Positions 48,901 through 61,165 of a DNA stretch of 64,000 nucleotides are shown here, one piece after another. Within the stretch, counting starts at the first letter, position 1. Each line of letters opens with the position of its first letter. The stretch comes from an uncultured delta proteobacterium (lineage in GTDB: Bacteria > Desulfobacterota > Desulfobacteria > Desulfobacterales > Desulfosalsimonadaceae), in NCBI GenBank assembly GCA_963826785.1, contig CAWGYD010000001.1, positions 128,001 to 192,000 of the forward strand, in the 5' to 3' direction. The position numbers and the translations under genes are program-made. The notes under the pieces were generated by a model. The model had not been told where the DNA came from. It searched no databases and worked only from the letters and a program-made list of their open reading frames with translations.

Positions 48901-50727
48901 TTACTGCAACCGGAGTTCCTGTCCCGGATAAATGGTGCTTTTAAGGTTCATGTTATTGAGCCGAAGCAGTTGGTTGACGCTCATGTTGTACCGTTTGGCG
49001 ATATCCGAGGGGGTGTCCCCCTGGCGGACGGAATATACGGATGCAGTGACCTGGCCGTGACCCGGCCCCGCCGGAATCACCAGCTTCTGGCCGATATACA
49101 GGTTGACGGTTTTCAGGGTATTGAGTTCCTGTATTTTCTTGGTGGTGGTATCATAGCGCTTGGCCAGAATCCACAACGAATCGCCCTGGCGGACGGTGTA
49201 AGACACCACCGGGGCATTTTCCTCTTCCCCGGAAACGCAGGACTGTGGAATTTTGAGGATTTTTCCGGAAACAATATAATTTTTCTTGTAGATGTTATTG
49301 TAGCGGGCGATCTGATTGACACTGGTTCCGTACCGGCAGGCTATGGTGGAGAGGGTTTCACCGGGGCGCACCCGATGATACACGACCCCAGGCCGTTTGG
49401 GGGCGGGGGTATATTCGGAAATTTTGTCCAGGCTGGCGAACAGCAGCTCCTTTCGGTCAGCCGGAACTTTGAGCTCATATTCTTCAGGCGGCAGCAGCTT
49501 GTAGCGGAGTTCCGGGTTGATATCGGTCAACCGCTCCTCCGGCAGATGGATGATTTCGGCGATATCCTTCAGGTAGGCCTGCTTGGATACGGTCAGCGTA
49601 TCGAATTCCATGGGTGGATCCAACTGGAGATCCTTCATTCCGTATTCATCCATGTTGTTCAGGATGTGAACGGCGGCCATGAATTTGGGAACGTACCGGG
49701 CCGTTTCCCCGGGAAGCCGCTGGTAGAGATCCCAGAAATCGTCCAGGTAATTGACATTCTGATTTCGGATGGTCCGCAATACGCGGCCTTCTCCACAGTT
49801 GTAAGCGGCCAGGACGGTCTGCCAGTCGCCGAATATTTCATGAAGCTCCTTGAGGTATTCGATGGCGGCATGGGTCGACTTGTAGGGATCCAGGCGTTCA
49901 TCGATATACAGGTTGCGTTTCAGACCGAATTTATAGCCGGTGGAAGGGATGAACTGCCAGAGCCCCAGCGCCCGGGCACTGGATAGCGCCCTGACCTTGA
50001 AGCCGCTTTCAATCAGGGGAAGCCAGGAGAGTTCAGAGGGGATGCCGGCTTCAGTGAGTTCCTTGACGATATGATCCCGGTACCTGCCGGACCGCTTATA
50101 TGAACTGATGAAAAAATCGCGTCCCTGTCCCTTGGTAAAATAATCGATTTCCTTTTGCACATGTTCATTGATCACGATGGGAATGGCGTTATGATTTCCT
50201 TTGACGGTCGCATGCCGGGAGGCATAAATCTCCAGTATCCGCTTGGAGATCATGAACCGGAGGTCATCCTTCTGCTGGTTCAGCTTGGGCAGGTCATACG
50301 GATCCACTTCCGTGATCAGCGAATATGCCTGATCGAGGGCATGAAGCGCATTGTCAAGCTCACCCTGCTGCCAGAAGTCCTGGCCGGCCTGATAAAAATC
50401 AAGTGCTTCGTCCAGCTTGGACTGGATATTCTGGCTGAGAATTTCCTCATCGGGGGCAAGCGTTTCCGTGCCTTCCTCCATGTCGCCTTCCATCGGAATC
50501 ATCGGGACATACTCGATTTCGGATTCTTCGGATGACAGGATATCCTCTGAATCAAGGGCTCCATAAGTCTTGCACTGGATCGAATTGTCGGCCAGCGGGA
50601 CTTTGCCGGCGCCTGCCGGCTGATTCTTGGAAAATGCGGAACATCCGATCATAACCGCAGGGATGATACCGAAGACGATGAGCAGGCGGAGAATCGATTT
50701 CAATGGGAACTTGCGTTTTTGCGTCAT
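48901..50727 (-). CDS. LysM-repeat lytic murein transglycosylase (MltD-like lipoprotein)
   Basis: Lipobox-like MIGC; LIESGF, ALGLWQFI, LAAYNCGEG, ETARYVPKF; three C-terminal LysM repeats. Confidence 0.92.
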   Translation of the reverse strand: MTQKRKFPLKSILRLLIVFGIIPAVMIGCSAFSKNQPAGAGKVPLADNSIQCKTYGALDSEDILSSEESEIEYVPMIPMEGDMEEGTETLAPDEEILSQNIQSKLDEALDFYQAGQDFWQQGELDNALHALDQAYSLITEVDPYDLPKLNQQKDDLRFMISKRILEIYASRHATVKGNHNAIPIVINEHVQKEIDYFTKGQGRDFFISSYKRSGRYRDHIVKELTEAGIPSELSWLPLIESGFKVRALSSARALGLWQFIPSTGYKFGLKRNLYIDERLDPYKSTHAAIEYLKELHEIFGDWQTVLAAYNCGEGRVLRTIRNQNVNYLDDFWDLYQRLPGETARYVPKFMAAVHILNNMDEYGMKDLQLDPPMEFDTLTVSKQAYLKDIAEIIHLPEERLTDINPELRYKLLPPEEYELKVPADRKELLFASLDKISEYTPAPKRPGVVYHRVRPGETLSTIACRYGTSVNQIARYNNIYKKNYIVSGKILKIPQSCVSGEEENAPVVSYTVRQGDSLWILAKRYDTTTKKIQELNTLKTVNLYIGQKLVIPAGPGHGQVTASVYSVRQGDTPSDIAKRYNMSVNQLLRLNNMNLKSTIYPGQELRLQ

Positions 50728-51188
50728 GACTGGGTTGCACCTATAATTTATGGATATTATGATTTGGCGTGTTGGTACTCACCGCGGCGGCTGCATTAAT
50801 AATTTGAATCCCTTTTAAAAGATGATGATCGGGCGCCCGAAAAGGTGTCATGCCGCCGATCTTCACCAAAATACATCAAACCGTGTCTCAATGAGCGCGT
50901 ATTTTTTGCTTGCGTATTTTCAAAATATGTGGCATACGGGACAGAATTTTTTCCGATGCAATACAAAAGTGCCGTATATTATTGAAGATATATAATTAAA
51001 ACGGCGCAATAGCGCTCTTTTGATAAATTTGTAAAATAAGTACAGGATAAGATGGTCACTGTCAAGAATTTATGCCCGGGTGGAACGCATGATGGCTGAA
51101 AGCGTCGGACTTTTCGAGGAGTTGGCGGGACAAAGTCATGGCAGTTGGGTTGAAGTGGAAAAAAAGACAAAAAATCTGAAAATAAAAA

Positions 51189-51218
51189 TTGACAATTAAA
51201 ATTTTAAATTGGTATAAA
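51189..51218 (+). promoter_or_regulatory. Sigma70 promoter of tRNA-tuf operon
   Basis: TTGACA, 18-nt spacer, TATAAA, with an A-rich UP-like tract upstream. Confidence 0.6.
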
Positions 51219-51320
51219 TAGTGGTTTAAAATTTCTTTAATTTTTTAGCCGGAAATTTTAAACCATAATACAGCTGAATTGCCAGTCAGCTGAGGGCATC
51301 ACCCGGCTTCTAAAAGATTT

Positions 51321-51396
51321 GCCAGCGTAGCTCAGTTGGTAGAGCTACTGATTTGTAATCAGTGGGTCGGGGGTTCGAGTCCCTTCGCTGGCTCCA
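51321..51396 (+). tRNA. tRNA-Thr(TGT)
   Basis: Cloverleaf; anticodon loop TTTGTAA; CCA end. Confidence 0.96.
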
Positions 51397-51403
51397 GTTT
51401 CGA

Positions 51404-51488
51404 GGTGGGGTTCCCGAGTGGCCAAAGGGAACAGACTGTAAATCTGTCGGCTCAGCCTTCGGAGGTTCAAATCCTCCCCCCACCACCA
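51404..51488 (+). tRNA. tRNA-Tyr(GTA)
   Basis: Anticodon loop CTGTAAA; long variable arm; CCA end. Confidence 0.96.
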
Positions 51489-51629
51489 GCCCTTAAAAAG
51501 GTTTTATGTAGGAGATTTCGATCATTCGGAATCATGGACTACATGGCTGATTCAATCAGAGAAAACGCAAGGAGACGGTCTGTTGCCTTCTCCTTGTTCA
51601 GCGCATATGTAATGATGGTGTCCGGGTGC

Positions 51630-51704
51630 GCGGGAGTAGCTCAACGGTAGAGCTTCAGCCTTCCAAGCTGGATGTTGCGAGTTCGAATCTCGTCTCCCGC
51701 TCCA
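51630..51704 (+). tRNA. tRNA-Gly(TCC)
   Basis: Anticodon loop CTTCCAA; CCA end. Confidence 0.96.
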
Positions 51705-51726
51705 GTATGGCCGGACAACAGAAAAT

Positions 51727-51803
51727 GCCCACGTAGCTCAGTAGGTAGAGCGCTTCCTTGGTAAGGAAGAGGTTCACCGGTTCGATTCCGGTCGTGGGCT
51801 CCA
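51727..51803 (+). tRNA. tRNA-Thr(GGT)
   Basis: Anticodon loop TTGGTAA; CCA end. Confidence 0.96.
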
Positions 51804-51891
51804 TTGTTTTATTTCTCTGATGGATGGACAAGGGATTCAGGCGATACAATAATAAAAAGACGGGCCATGAAAACACCGGGAGGAGCAGAAA

Positions 51892-53085
<1,194 letters not shown>

Positions 53086-53110
53086 CTGGGATTTGTCCAA
53101 GGGGTGATAT

Positions 53111-53260
53111 GTGAAAGTCAAGGTGACCCTCGCGTGCACAGAGTGCAAGAGAAGAAATTATTCAACGACCAAGAACAAGCGGACCAAACCGGAAAAAATG
53201 GAATTCAAAAAATATTGCAGATTTTGCAAGGTGCATACGCTGCATAGAGAAACCAAATAG
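53111..53260 (+). CDS. rpmG: 50S ribosomal protein L33 (Zn-ribbon form)
   Basis: GTG start; [49 protein letters not shown]. Confidence 0.96.
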   Translation: MKVKVTLACTECKRRNYSTTKNKRTKPEKMEFKKYCRFCKVHTLHRETK

Positions 53261-53320
53261 CCCGGTGTTTCTGATTTCCGTCAAATAACCCGGAAAAAGG
53301 GTTATTCAGCTTTCAGGTAC

Positions 53321-53396
53321 AGGCCAGTAGCTCTAACGGCAGAGCGTCGGACTCCAAATCCGGTGGTTGGGGGTTCAAATCCCTCCTGGCCTGCCA
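53321..53396 (+). tRNA. tRNA-Trp(CCA)
   Basis: Anticodon loop CTCCAAA; CCA end; canonical position before secE. Confidence 0.95.
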
Positions 53397-53488
53397 AAAA
53401 TAAATGGATGGAAAGCTCAAAGATTGAAATTCAAGACCGTGATAAATTGATTTTTCATCTTTGAGCTTTCAATTTTTTGGGAGTCTAA

Positions 53489-53893
53489 ATGGCACGGATC
53501 CAAAAGAAGAAAGCCTCAGATATCAAAAGAAAGAAAACCGGCGAGGAGGGCGCCTCTCAGCCGGTGTCCGGCCGGGATGAATCCGCCCGGGCCGATTCGG
53601 CTCCGGAAACGGTTGCTTCGGCAGACGCGGAGCGGAAACGGAAGAAGCTCTATGCCCCCCCGAAGCGATTCGGGCAGGAACAGACCGCTATGGCGCGTCT
53701 GGTGGATCGCTATTTCGGCTCTTGGATCCAGTTTCTCCGGGAAGTCAAGATCGAGCTGAGCAAGGTGGCATGGCCGTCGCGGAAGCAAACCATCGCCTCG
53801 ACTGCCATCGTGATCGTATTCGTGTTCCTGATCGCGCTGTTTCTGGGGGTCGTGGACGTCACTTTATCGAGCCTGATCCGCTTGGTCATATAG
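53489..53893 (+). CDS. secE: Preprotein translocase SecE with long N-terminal extension
   Basis: [20 protein letters not shown] followed by a single TM. Confidence 0.93.
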   Translation: MARIQKKKASDIKRKKTGEEGASQPVSGRDESARADSAPETVASADAERKRKKLYAPPKRFGQEQTAMARLVDRYFGSWIQFLREVKIELSKVAWPSRKQTIASTAIVIVFVFLIALFLGVVDVTLSSLIRLVI

Positions 53894-53909
53894 AACCGGG
53901 GAAGTCGTC

Positions 53910-54440
53910 ATGGCGCTCAAATGGTATATTTTACACGTTTATTCGGGTTTTGAAGCCCGGGTGAAAACCAATCTGGAAGAACGGATCGCCACCTCGGGCC
54001 TTTCCGATAAATTCGGGGAGGTGGTGGTTCCCACTGAGCAGGTGGTGGAACTGGTCAAGGGAAAACGCAAGACTTCCAGCCGCAAGTTCTACCCGGGTTA
54101 TATCCTGATCCGGATGGATCTGAATGAAGATACATGGCACCTGGTCAATTCGACGGCTAAAGTCACCGGTTTTCTGGGGGGAAGAGACAAGCCCGTGGCC
54201 ATCGGCGACGAGGAAGCCGACCAGATATTGAACCGGATGGAAGCGGGCAAATTGAAGCCCCAGCCGAAATTTTATTTCGAGGTGGGAGATGAAATCCGCG
54301 TCGTTGACGGACCCTTTACCAATTTCAACGGTACGGTGGAGGATGTGAATCCGGAGAAGGGGAAGCTCAAGGTCCTCGTGAGCATTTTCGGGCGGTCAAC
54401 TCCGGTGGAACTGGATTTCGTACAGGTGTCCAAAAGTTAA
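53910..54440 (+). CDS. nusG: Transcription factor NusG
   Basis: [21 protein letters not shown] motif DGPFTNFNG. Confidence 0.98.
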   Translation: MALKWYILHVYSGFEARVKTNLEERIATSGLSDKFGEVVVPTEQVVELVKGKRKTSSRKFYPGYILIRMDLNEDTWHLVNSTAKVTGFLGGRDKPVAIGDEEADQILNRMEAGKLKPQPKFYFEVGDEIRVVDGPFTNFNGTVEDVNPEKGKLKVLVSIFGRSTPVELDFVQVSKS

Positions 54441-54524
54441 GGCGCCTCAGCAGGTCCCCGGTTGCTGCGAATAAAAGCGCGCATGCGGCTTTTTACGATA
54501 TTTTAAAATTCAGGAGTGTATGGC

Positions 54525-54947
54525 ATGGCAAAGAAAGTGATCGCACAGGTGAAGCTGCAGGTAAAGGCCGGAAAGGCCAATCCTTCGCCGCCCATCGGCC
54601 CGGCCCTGGGTCAGCATGGCGTGAATATCATGGATTTCTGTAAGGCATTCAACGCCCGAACCGCAAACGAAGAAGGCATGATCATTCCGGTCGTGTTGAC
54701 CGTATACCAGGACAAGACCTTCACGTTTATCACCAAGACCCCGCCCGCGTCGGTCCTGTTGAAAAAAGCCGCCGGGATCGCCAAGGGATCCGGTGAACCC
54801 AAATCGACCAAGGTGGGCAAAGTTACACGGGCCCAGGTGGAAGAGATTGCGAAATTGAAAATGGCGGATTTGAATGCCGCCGATCCGGAAGGTGCTTTCA
54901 GGATCATTGCGGGAACGGCCAGAAGCATGGGGCTTGAAGTCGTTTAA
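54525..54947 (+). CDS. rplK: 50S ribosomal protein L11
   Basis: [26 protein letters not shown]. Confidence 0.98.
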   Translation: MAKKVIAQVKLQVKAGKANPSPPIGPALGQHGVNIMDFCKAFNARTANEEGMIIPVVLTVYQDKTFTFITKTPPASVLLKKAAGIAKGSGEPKSTKVGKVTRAQVEEIAKLKMADLNAADPEGAFRIIAGTARSMGLEVV

Positions 54948-54970
54948 GAAGAAAGGGAGTAATTCAACCA

Positions 54971-55675
54971 ATGCCGAAACATGGAAAAAAATACAGAGAA
55001 GTTCGCTCCAAATCCGATCCGCAAAAGCGGTACACATTTGAAGAAGCGGTGGAAGGGGCAATCGGTTCTTCCTTTGCGAAATTCGATGAAACTGTTGATT
55101 TTGCGGTAAAACTGGGCGTTGACCCCCGCCATGCGGACCAGATGGTTCGCGGATCCATCGTTCTGCCCAATGGCATCGGCAAGGACGTGAAGGTGCTGGT
55201 ATTCGCAAAAGGCGAAAAAGTCAAGGAAGCCGAAGATGCCGGAGCCGATTTTGTGGGCAATGAGGATCTGATCGAAAAGATCAAAGGGGGATGGTTCGGG
55301 TTTGACAAAGCCGTGGCCACGCCGGATGTGATGGGTACGGTGGGGAAGATCGGGAAAATCCTCGGGCCCCGGGGACTGATGCCCAATGCCAAGACCGGCA
55401 CGGTCACCTTTGATGTGACAAAAGCCATCGGTGAACTCAAGGCCGGCCGTATCGATTTCCGGGTGGAAAAAGCCGGAATTATTCATGTCCCCATGGGAAA
55501 GGTTTCCTTCGGTCCCCAGAAGGTCCTGGAAAATATGGCCGCCTTCATGGAACTGGTGGTCAAGATCAAACCGTCTTCCAGCAAGGGAACTTACATCAAG
55601 AGCATCGCCGTGTCTTCCACCATGGGGCCCGGCTTTAAAATTGATCCCGTATACGTCAAGGATCTGTTCAAATAG
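54971..55675 (+). CDS. rplA: 50S ribosomal protein L1
   Basis: KFDETV...[14 protein letters not shown]...LGPRGLMPN. Confidence 0.98.
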   Translation: MPKHGKKYREVRSKSDPQKRYTFEEAVEGAIGSSFAKFDETVDFAVKLGVDPRHADQMVRGSIVLPNGIGKDVKVLVFAKGEKVKEAEDAGADFVGNEDLIEKIKGGWFGFDKAVATPDVMGTVGKIGKILGPRGLMPNAKTGTVTFDVTKAIGELKAGRIDFRVEKAGIIHVPMGKVSFGPQKVLENMAAFMELVVKIKPSSSKGTYIKSIAVSSTMGPGFKIDPVYVKDLFK

Positions 55676-55694
55676 CAGGTTCAAATCATTTTCT

Positions 55695-55797
55695 GTCAAA
55701 GACCGTAGGTCCGCCCCGGCTCGAGGGGCGGTATAATCGGAGTATCCGGCCTACCGAGGCAGTCTTTCTGATACTGTGTCCTCCCTCCGGTTTTTTA
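55695..55797 (+). promoter_or_regulatory. L10 leader (rplJL autoregulatory RNA)
   Basis: AAGACCGTAGG ... TAAT ... CCTACCGAGG pattern upstream of rplJ. Confidence 0.75.
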
Positions 55798-55822
55798 CAG
55801 ATTCAGAAAGGAGGTGTAAAAT

Positions 55823-56347
55823 TTGTTAAAAATAGCTGAAAAACAACAGCTTGTTGACGAACTTCACGAGAAATTCCTCAAATCCAAAATCGTCATTGTA
55901 ACGGATTACAAGGGACTCAACGTCACCAAGATCAATGAACTGCGAAAGAAGCTCCGAGAAGCCGATCTCGAGTTCAAAGTGGTGAAAAATACCCTGTTGA
56001 TCCGCGCTGCCGATGAAACCGATGTGGCCGTGGTAAAGGATCATTTTCAGGGGCCGAGCGCAATCGTGATGAGCTATGGCGACCCGGTGAATCCGGCCAA
56101 GATCCTGTTTGATTTTGCAAAAGACAACGACAAACTGCAGATCAAAGCCGGTGCCATGGGCGGAAAACTGCTGGATATGGCGGCCATCAAGAGCCTTTCC
56201 ACGCTGCCGTCCCGCGAAGTATTGCTGAGTCAGGTTTTGCGGACAATGAATGCAGTTCCGACATCGCTGGTTCGTGCATTGAGCAATGTGCCGGAGCGTT
56301 TTCTGTATGCGCTTCAGGCCATCCGGGACCAGAAGGAAGCGGCTTAG
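55823..56347 (+). CDS. rplJ: 50S ribosomal protein L10
   Basis: DYKGLNV...LRKKLR...VVKNTL...LPSREVL. Confidence 0.97.
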   Translation: MLKIAEKQQLVDELHEKFLKSKIVIVTDYKGLNVTKINELRKKLREADLEFKVVKNTLLIRAADETDVAVVKDHFQGPSAIVMSYGDPVNPAKILFDFAKDNDKLQIKAGAMGGKLLDMAAIKSLSTLPSREVLLSQVLRTMNAVPTSLVRALSNVPERFLYALQAIRDQKEAA

Positions 56348-56430
56348 GCAAGGCAGTTTTCATAAAAATCCATTTACGCAAATTTGAAATTTAAATTTTT
56401 TAGATTAGACATAAAAGAGAGGTTTTAGCC

Positions 56431-56814
56431 ATGGCTGATATCACTAAAAATGATGTAATCGATTTTATCGCCAACATGTCCGTTCTTGAACTTTCCGAAC
56501 TGGTCAAGGAGCTTGAAGAAAAATTCGGTGTTTCCGCTGCAGCGCCGGTAGCGTTTGCGGGCGCCCCCATGGCCGGCGAAGCGGCTGCTCCGGCCGAAGA
56601 GAAAACGGAATTTGACGTCGTTCTCATCGGTTTTGGAGACAAAAAGATCCAGGTGATCAAGGAGATCCGCGCCATTACCGGATTGGGTTTGAAGGAAGCC
56701 AAAGCGCTGGTGGAGGAAGCCCCCAAGCCGGTCAAGGAAGGCATCGTTAAAGAAGATGCTGAAAAGATCAAAGAGCAGCTCGAAAGCGCAGGAGCCACTG
56801 TGGAAATCAAGTAA
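56431..56814 (+). CDS. rplL: 50S ribosomal protein L7/L12
   Basis: [11 protein letters not shown]...EEKTEFDV...[12 protein letters not shown]. Confidence 0.98.
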   Translation: MADITKNDVIDFIANMSVLELSELVKELEEKFGVSAAAPVAFAGAPMAGEAAAPAEEKTEFDVVLIGFGDKKIQVIKEIRAITGLGLKEAKALVEEAPKPVKEGIVKEDAEKIKEQLESAGATVEIK

Positions 56815-56879
56815 TTGTTTCATGCAAACATTTGACATTGCATGAAATGACCTTACAATTGGGGATTTGTAAAATACGG

Positions 56880-56908
56880 CGCCCGGATTATTCCGGGCGA
56901 CTGTTTTT
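56880..56908 (+). terminator. Attenuator-like hairpin between rplL and rpoB
   Basis: CGCCCGGA-TTAT-TCCGGGCG followed by CTGTTTTT. Confidence 0.6.
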
Positions 56909-56939
56909 AATTGTTTTTTAACCCCTATCTGGAGACGCC

Positions 56940-59900
56940 ATGACAGTTAATCCCCCGAAATATAAACGGATCAGGAAAAATTTCGGTCGCATCAAATCGA
57001 TTGTCGATATACCGGATCTTATCGGGATGCAGCGGGAATCGTATGAACGGTTTCTGCAGATGGAAGTTCCGCCTGAAAAAAGAGAAGATATCGGGCTCCA
57101 GTCCGTGTTTAATTCGGTTTATCCTATCAAGGATTTTACGGGAACCGCATCCCTGGAATTTGTATCCTATCATTTCGGTGAAGTGAAACATTCGGTCGGT
57201 GAATGCATCAACCGGGGCATGACACACGAGATTTCGCTGCGCATCCGCGTCCGCCTGGTGGTCTATGACACGGACAAGGAAACCGGAGTGTCCAATATCC
57301 GGGACATCAAAGAGCAGGAAATCTATTTCGGCACCATCCCCCTGATGACGGAAAAAGGGACCTTTATCATCAACGGCACGGAACGCGCCGTGGTCAGCCA
57401 GCTGCACCGCTCCTCCGGCGTCTTCTTCGACCATGACAAGGGAAAGACCCATTCTTCCGGCAAGATCATCTACACGGCCCGGATCATCCCGGTGCGCGGG
57501 TCCTGGATCGATATGGAAATCGATCCCAAGGATATCGTCTACATCCGGATCGACAGACGGCGCAAGTTCCCGGTCACCCTGCTGTTCAAGGCGTTCGGCT
57601 ACACCGATGACGATATTCTGTCTTATTTTTATTATAAAGAAGCGATTTACATTAAAAAAAGTCAGTTTTTCCGGGATCTGAACCCCGAATTTCTCAAGGG
57701 GCAGCGGCCGGGCAAGGACATTGTCCATCCCGAAACCGGTGAAGTGCTGATCAAAAAAGGCCGCGTTTTCTCCAAAAAAGCGATGCGGGACCTTCAACAG
57801 GCCGGCATCGATCAGATTTCGCTGGCCAAAGATGAAATCATCGGGCGGGTCGTCGCCAACGATGTGCTCCACCCCGAGTCCGGCGAAGTGCTGGCCAAGA
57901 GCAACGAAACCCTTGACAAGGACGTGCTCAAGACCATTATGGACGCCGGGATATCCCGATTCGAGCTGCTGGTCATGGAGGGCCCCTATGCCAGCAACGC
58001 CATCCAGAAAACCCTGCTCATGGACAAGGTGGCCACCAAGGAAGACGCCCTGATCGACATCTATCGGCGGCTTCGGCCCGGAAACCCCGCCACGCCGGAA
58101 GTGGCCCAGGATTTCGTGGATCACCTGTTTTTCAAAAACGCCTATTATGATCTGTCGGGCGTGGGCCGGCTAAAAATCAATCACCGCCTCGGCATCGCCA
58201 CGCCAATCGATGTGCGGATTTTGCGGAAGGAAGACATCCTGCTCACCGCCAAAACGCTGGTGGAACTGCGGGACAACCAGGGTCCGGTGGATGATATCGA
58301 TCACCTGGGCAACCGCCGGGTCCGGGCCGTGGGTGAACTGCTGGAAAATCAGTACCGCATCGGCCTGGTGCGCATGGAGCGGGCCATTAAAGAGCGGATG
58401 AGTATGCAGGAAGTCGATGCCCTCATGCCCAACGACCTGGTCAATCCCAAGCCGGTGTCTGCGGTGGTGAAGGAATTTTTCGGCACCAGCCAGCTTTCCC
58501 AGTTTCTGGACCAGACCAACCCTTTGTCTGAAACCACCCATAAACGGCGCTTGAGCGCCCTGGGGCCCGGGGGTCTGACCCGGGACCGGGCCGGCTTTGA
58601 GGTCCGCGACGTGCATCCCTCCCATTACGGACGGATATGTCCCATCGAGACGCCTGAAGGGCCCAATATCGGTTTGATCGTATCCTTGTGCACTTATGCC
58701 CGCGTGAACAAATTCGGGTTCATCGAAACCCCCTACCGGGTGGTGACCGATTCCACGGTCTCCACAGACATCCGGATGCTCAGCGCGTTTGAGGAAAAGG
58801 AGCACCCCATCGCCCAGGCCAACGCGCCGGTAAATGAAAAAAACACGTATGTCAATCCGGTGGTCATTTCCCGGGTGGACGGCGAGTTCATGCGCATCCC
58901 CAGAGAAGAGATCGAATTGATGGACATCTCTCCCAACCAGCTGGTGAGCGTCTCGGCTTCCCTGATCCCTTTTCTGGAAAATGACGACGCCAACCGCGCC
59001 CTGATGGGATCGAACATGATGCGCCAGGCGGTTCCGCTGCTGGACAGCAAAGCGCCCCTGGTGGGCACCGGCATCGAAGGGGTGGTGGCCCGGGATTCCG
59101 GGGTGACCATCGTGGCCAAGCGCCCGGGACAGGTAATGGACGTGGACGCTTCCCGAATCGTGCTGAAGCACGAGCCCACCGGGGCTGCGTCGGAAAAGGA
59201 TGTCACCATATACAATCTGTCCAAATTTATCCGGTCCAACCAGAATACCTGCTTCAATCATCGGCCCATCGTCCGGAAGGGCGACTGGGTGGAAGCCGGC
59301 GATATTATCGCCGATGGTCCGGCCACGGAAAAGGGGGAGCTGGCGCTGGGCAAAAATGTCACCGTGGCCTTCATGCCCTGGGGCGGGTACAACTTCGAAG
59401 ATTCCATTCTCGTCTCCGACCGGCTGGTCAGAGACGGTGTATTTACTTCCATCCATATCGAGGAATTTGAGGTCCTGGCCCGGGATACCAAGCTGGGCAA
59501 GGAAGAAATCACCCGGGATATTCCCAATGTGGGCGAAGAGGCCTTAAAGGACCTGGATGAATGCGGCATCATCCGCCTGGGCGCCGAAGTGGGTCCCGGC
59601 GATATTCTGGTGGGCAAGGTCACCCCCAAGGGGGAAACACAGCTGTCCCCGGAAGAGAAGCTGCTGCGGGCGATTTTCGGTGAAAAGGCCGGTGAGGTGA
59701 AGGATACCTCATTGCGGGTTCCGCCCGGCGTCAATGGAATCGTCATCGATGCCAAGGTGTTTTCCCGCCGGGGCGTGCAGAAGGACGATCGCACCCAGTC
59801 CATCGAGGACGAGGAAATTTCCCAGTTGGAAAAAGACCGGGATGATGAAATCAAGATCATCGAGGAAATGGCCCGAAATGAAATCGGTTCCCTGATCGCG

Positions 59901-61031
59901 GGCAAGCAGACGGCAGAAGATCTCTCAGACGGCAAAAAGGTGCTGATTCCCAAGGATACCCGGCTGGATCATAAGAAAATCGCCAAGATCCCGCTGGTCA
60001 AGCTTGAAGCCCTCGCCTTGAAAGACGCTAAAATTTCGGACAAGCTGCAGGAACTGCTGGGCCGGTTCCGTGAACAGGCGGACCTGGCGCGGCGGGCATT
60101 TGATGAGCAGATCCGGGCGTATGAGCGGGGCGATGACCTGCCCCCCGGCGTTATCAAGATGATCAAAATTTATGTGGCCATGAAGCGGACACTGTCCGTG
60201 GGCGATAAAATGGCCGGCCGGCACGGTAACAAGGGCGTGGTCTCGCGGGTTTTGCCGGAAGAGGATCTGCCCTATTTCGAAGACGGCCGGTGTGTCGATA
60301 TGGTGCTCAACCCCCTGGGGGTTCCCTCCCGGATGAATGTCGGCCAGATTCTGGAAATTCATCTGGGCCGGGCCGCGAAAGGACTGGGCGACCAGATTAA
60401 TACGCTGCTGGAATTGCACAAGAAAAAGGAACTCAAGGCCAAGCTGAAAGCGATATTTTCGGGATCCCCGGAAGAGCCGATGTTCGATAAAATGTCCGAA
60501 GACGAGGCGGCGGAATTCGCAAAAGAATACATGGACGGTGTTCATATGATGACGCCGGTTTTTGACGGCGCCAAGGAAGACGAAATCAAGAACCTTCTGA
60601 CAGAAGCGAATTTCAGCCGAACGGGGCAGGCCATCCTGTTTGACGGCCGCACCGGCGAACCGTTTGACGGAAGGATCACCGTGGGGACCATGTACATGCT
60701 CAAGCTTCACCACCTGGTGGATGACAAACTCCACGCCCGGTCCATTGGCCCCTATTCGCTGGTAACCCAGCAGCCGCTGGGCGGCAAGGCCCAGTTTGGC
60801 GGCCAGCGCCTGGGAGAAATGGAGGTCTGGGCCATGGAAGCTTACGGTGCGGCCTATGCCCTTCAGGAATTTCTGACCGTCAAGTCCGACGATATGGCCG
60901 GGAGAACCCGGATGTATGAGAAAATCGTCAAGGGACAAAATGTATTCGAACCAGGCCTGCCGGAATCATTCCGGGTGCTCACAAAAGAATTGCAGAGCCT
61001 GGGTATCGATATCAACCTGATCGAAGAGTAG
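56940..61031 (+). CDS. rpoB: RNA polymerase beta subunit
   Basis: [34 protein letters not shown]. Confidence 0.99.
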   Translation: MTVNPPKYKRIRKNFGRIKSIVDIPDLIGMQRESYERFLQMEVPPEKREDIGLQSVFNSVYPIKDFTGTASLEFVSYHFGEVKHSVGECINRGMTHEISLRIRVRLVVYDTDKETGVSNIRDIKEQEIYFGTIPLMTEKGTFIINGTERAVVSQLHRSSGVFFDHDKGKTHSSGKIIYTARIIPVRGSWIDMEIDPKDIVYIRIDRRRKFPVTLLFKAFGYTDDDILSYFYYKEAIYIKKSQFFRDLNPEFLKGQRPGKDIVHPETGEVLIKKGRVFSKKAMRDLQQAGIDQISLAKDEIIGRVVANDVLHPESGEVLAKSNETLDKDVLKTIMDAGISRFELLVMEGPYASNAIQKTLLMDKVATKEDALIDIYRRLRPGNPATPEVAQDFVDHLFFKNAYYDLSGVGRLKINHRLGIATPIDVRILRKEDILLTAKTLVELRDNQGPVDDIDHLGNRRVRAVGELLENQYRIGLVRMERAIKERMSMQEVDALMPNDLVNPKPVSAVVKEFFGTSQLSQFLDQTNPLSETTHKRRLSALGPGGLTRDRAGFEVRDVHPSHYGRICPIETPEGPNIGLIVSLCTYARVNKFGFIETPYRVVTDSTVSTDIRMLSAFEEKEHPIAQANAPVNEKNTYVNPVVISRVDGEFMRIPREEIELMDISPNQLVSVSASLIPFLENDDANRALMGSNMMRQAVPLLDSKAPLVGTGIEGVVARDSGVTIVAKRPGQVMDVDASRIVLKHEPTGAASEKDVTIYNLSKFIRSNQNTCFNHRPIVRKGDWVEAGDIIADGPATEKGELALGKNVTVAFMPWGGYNFEDSILVSDRLVRDGVFTSIHIEEFEVLARDTKLGKEEITRDIPNVGEEALKDLDECGIIRLGAEVGPGDILVGKVTPKGETQLSPEEKLLRAIFGEKAGEVKDTSLRVPPGVNGIVIDAKVFSRRGVQKDDRTQSIEDEEISQLEKDRDDEIKIIEEMARNEIGSLIAGKQTAEDLSDGKKVLIPKDTRLDHKKIAKIPLVKLEALALKDAKISDKLQELLGRFREQADLARRAFDEQIRAYERGDDLPPGVIKMIKIYVAMKRTLSVGDKMAGRHGNKGVVSRVLPEEDLPYFEDGRCVDMVLNPLGVPSRMNVGQILEIHLGRAAKGLGDQINTLLELHKKKELKAKLKAIFSGSPEEPMFDKMSEDEAAEFAKEYMDGVHMMTPVFDGAKEDEIKNLLTEANFSRTGQAILFDGRTGEPFDGRITVGTMYMLKLHHLVDDKLHARSIGPYSLVTQQPLGGKAQFGGQRLGEMEVWAMEAYGAAYALQEFLTVKSDDMAGRTRMYEKIVKGQNVFEPGLPESFRVLTKELQSLGIDINLIEE

Positions 61032-61165
61032 ACTGTTTTGAATTCAATGATACCCTGCGGCAAGTATCATAACGCCGGCTGACAGAGCGTGAGTTGAAAA
61101 ACCGGCGACGCGGGCAGCACCGGTAGCGATTGAATGCGAAATGAAAAAAATAAAAGGAGAAATCT

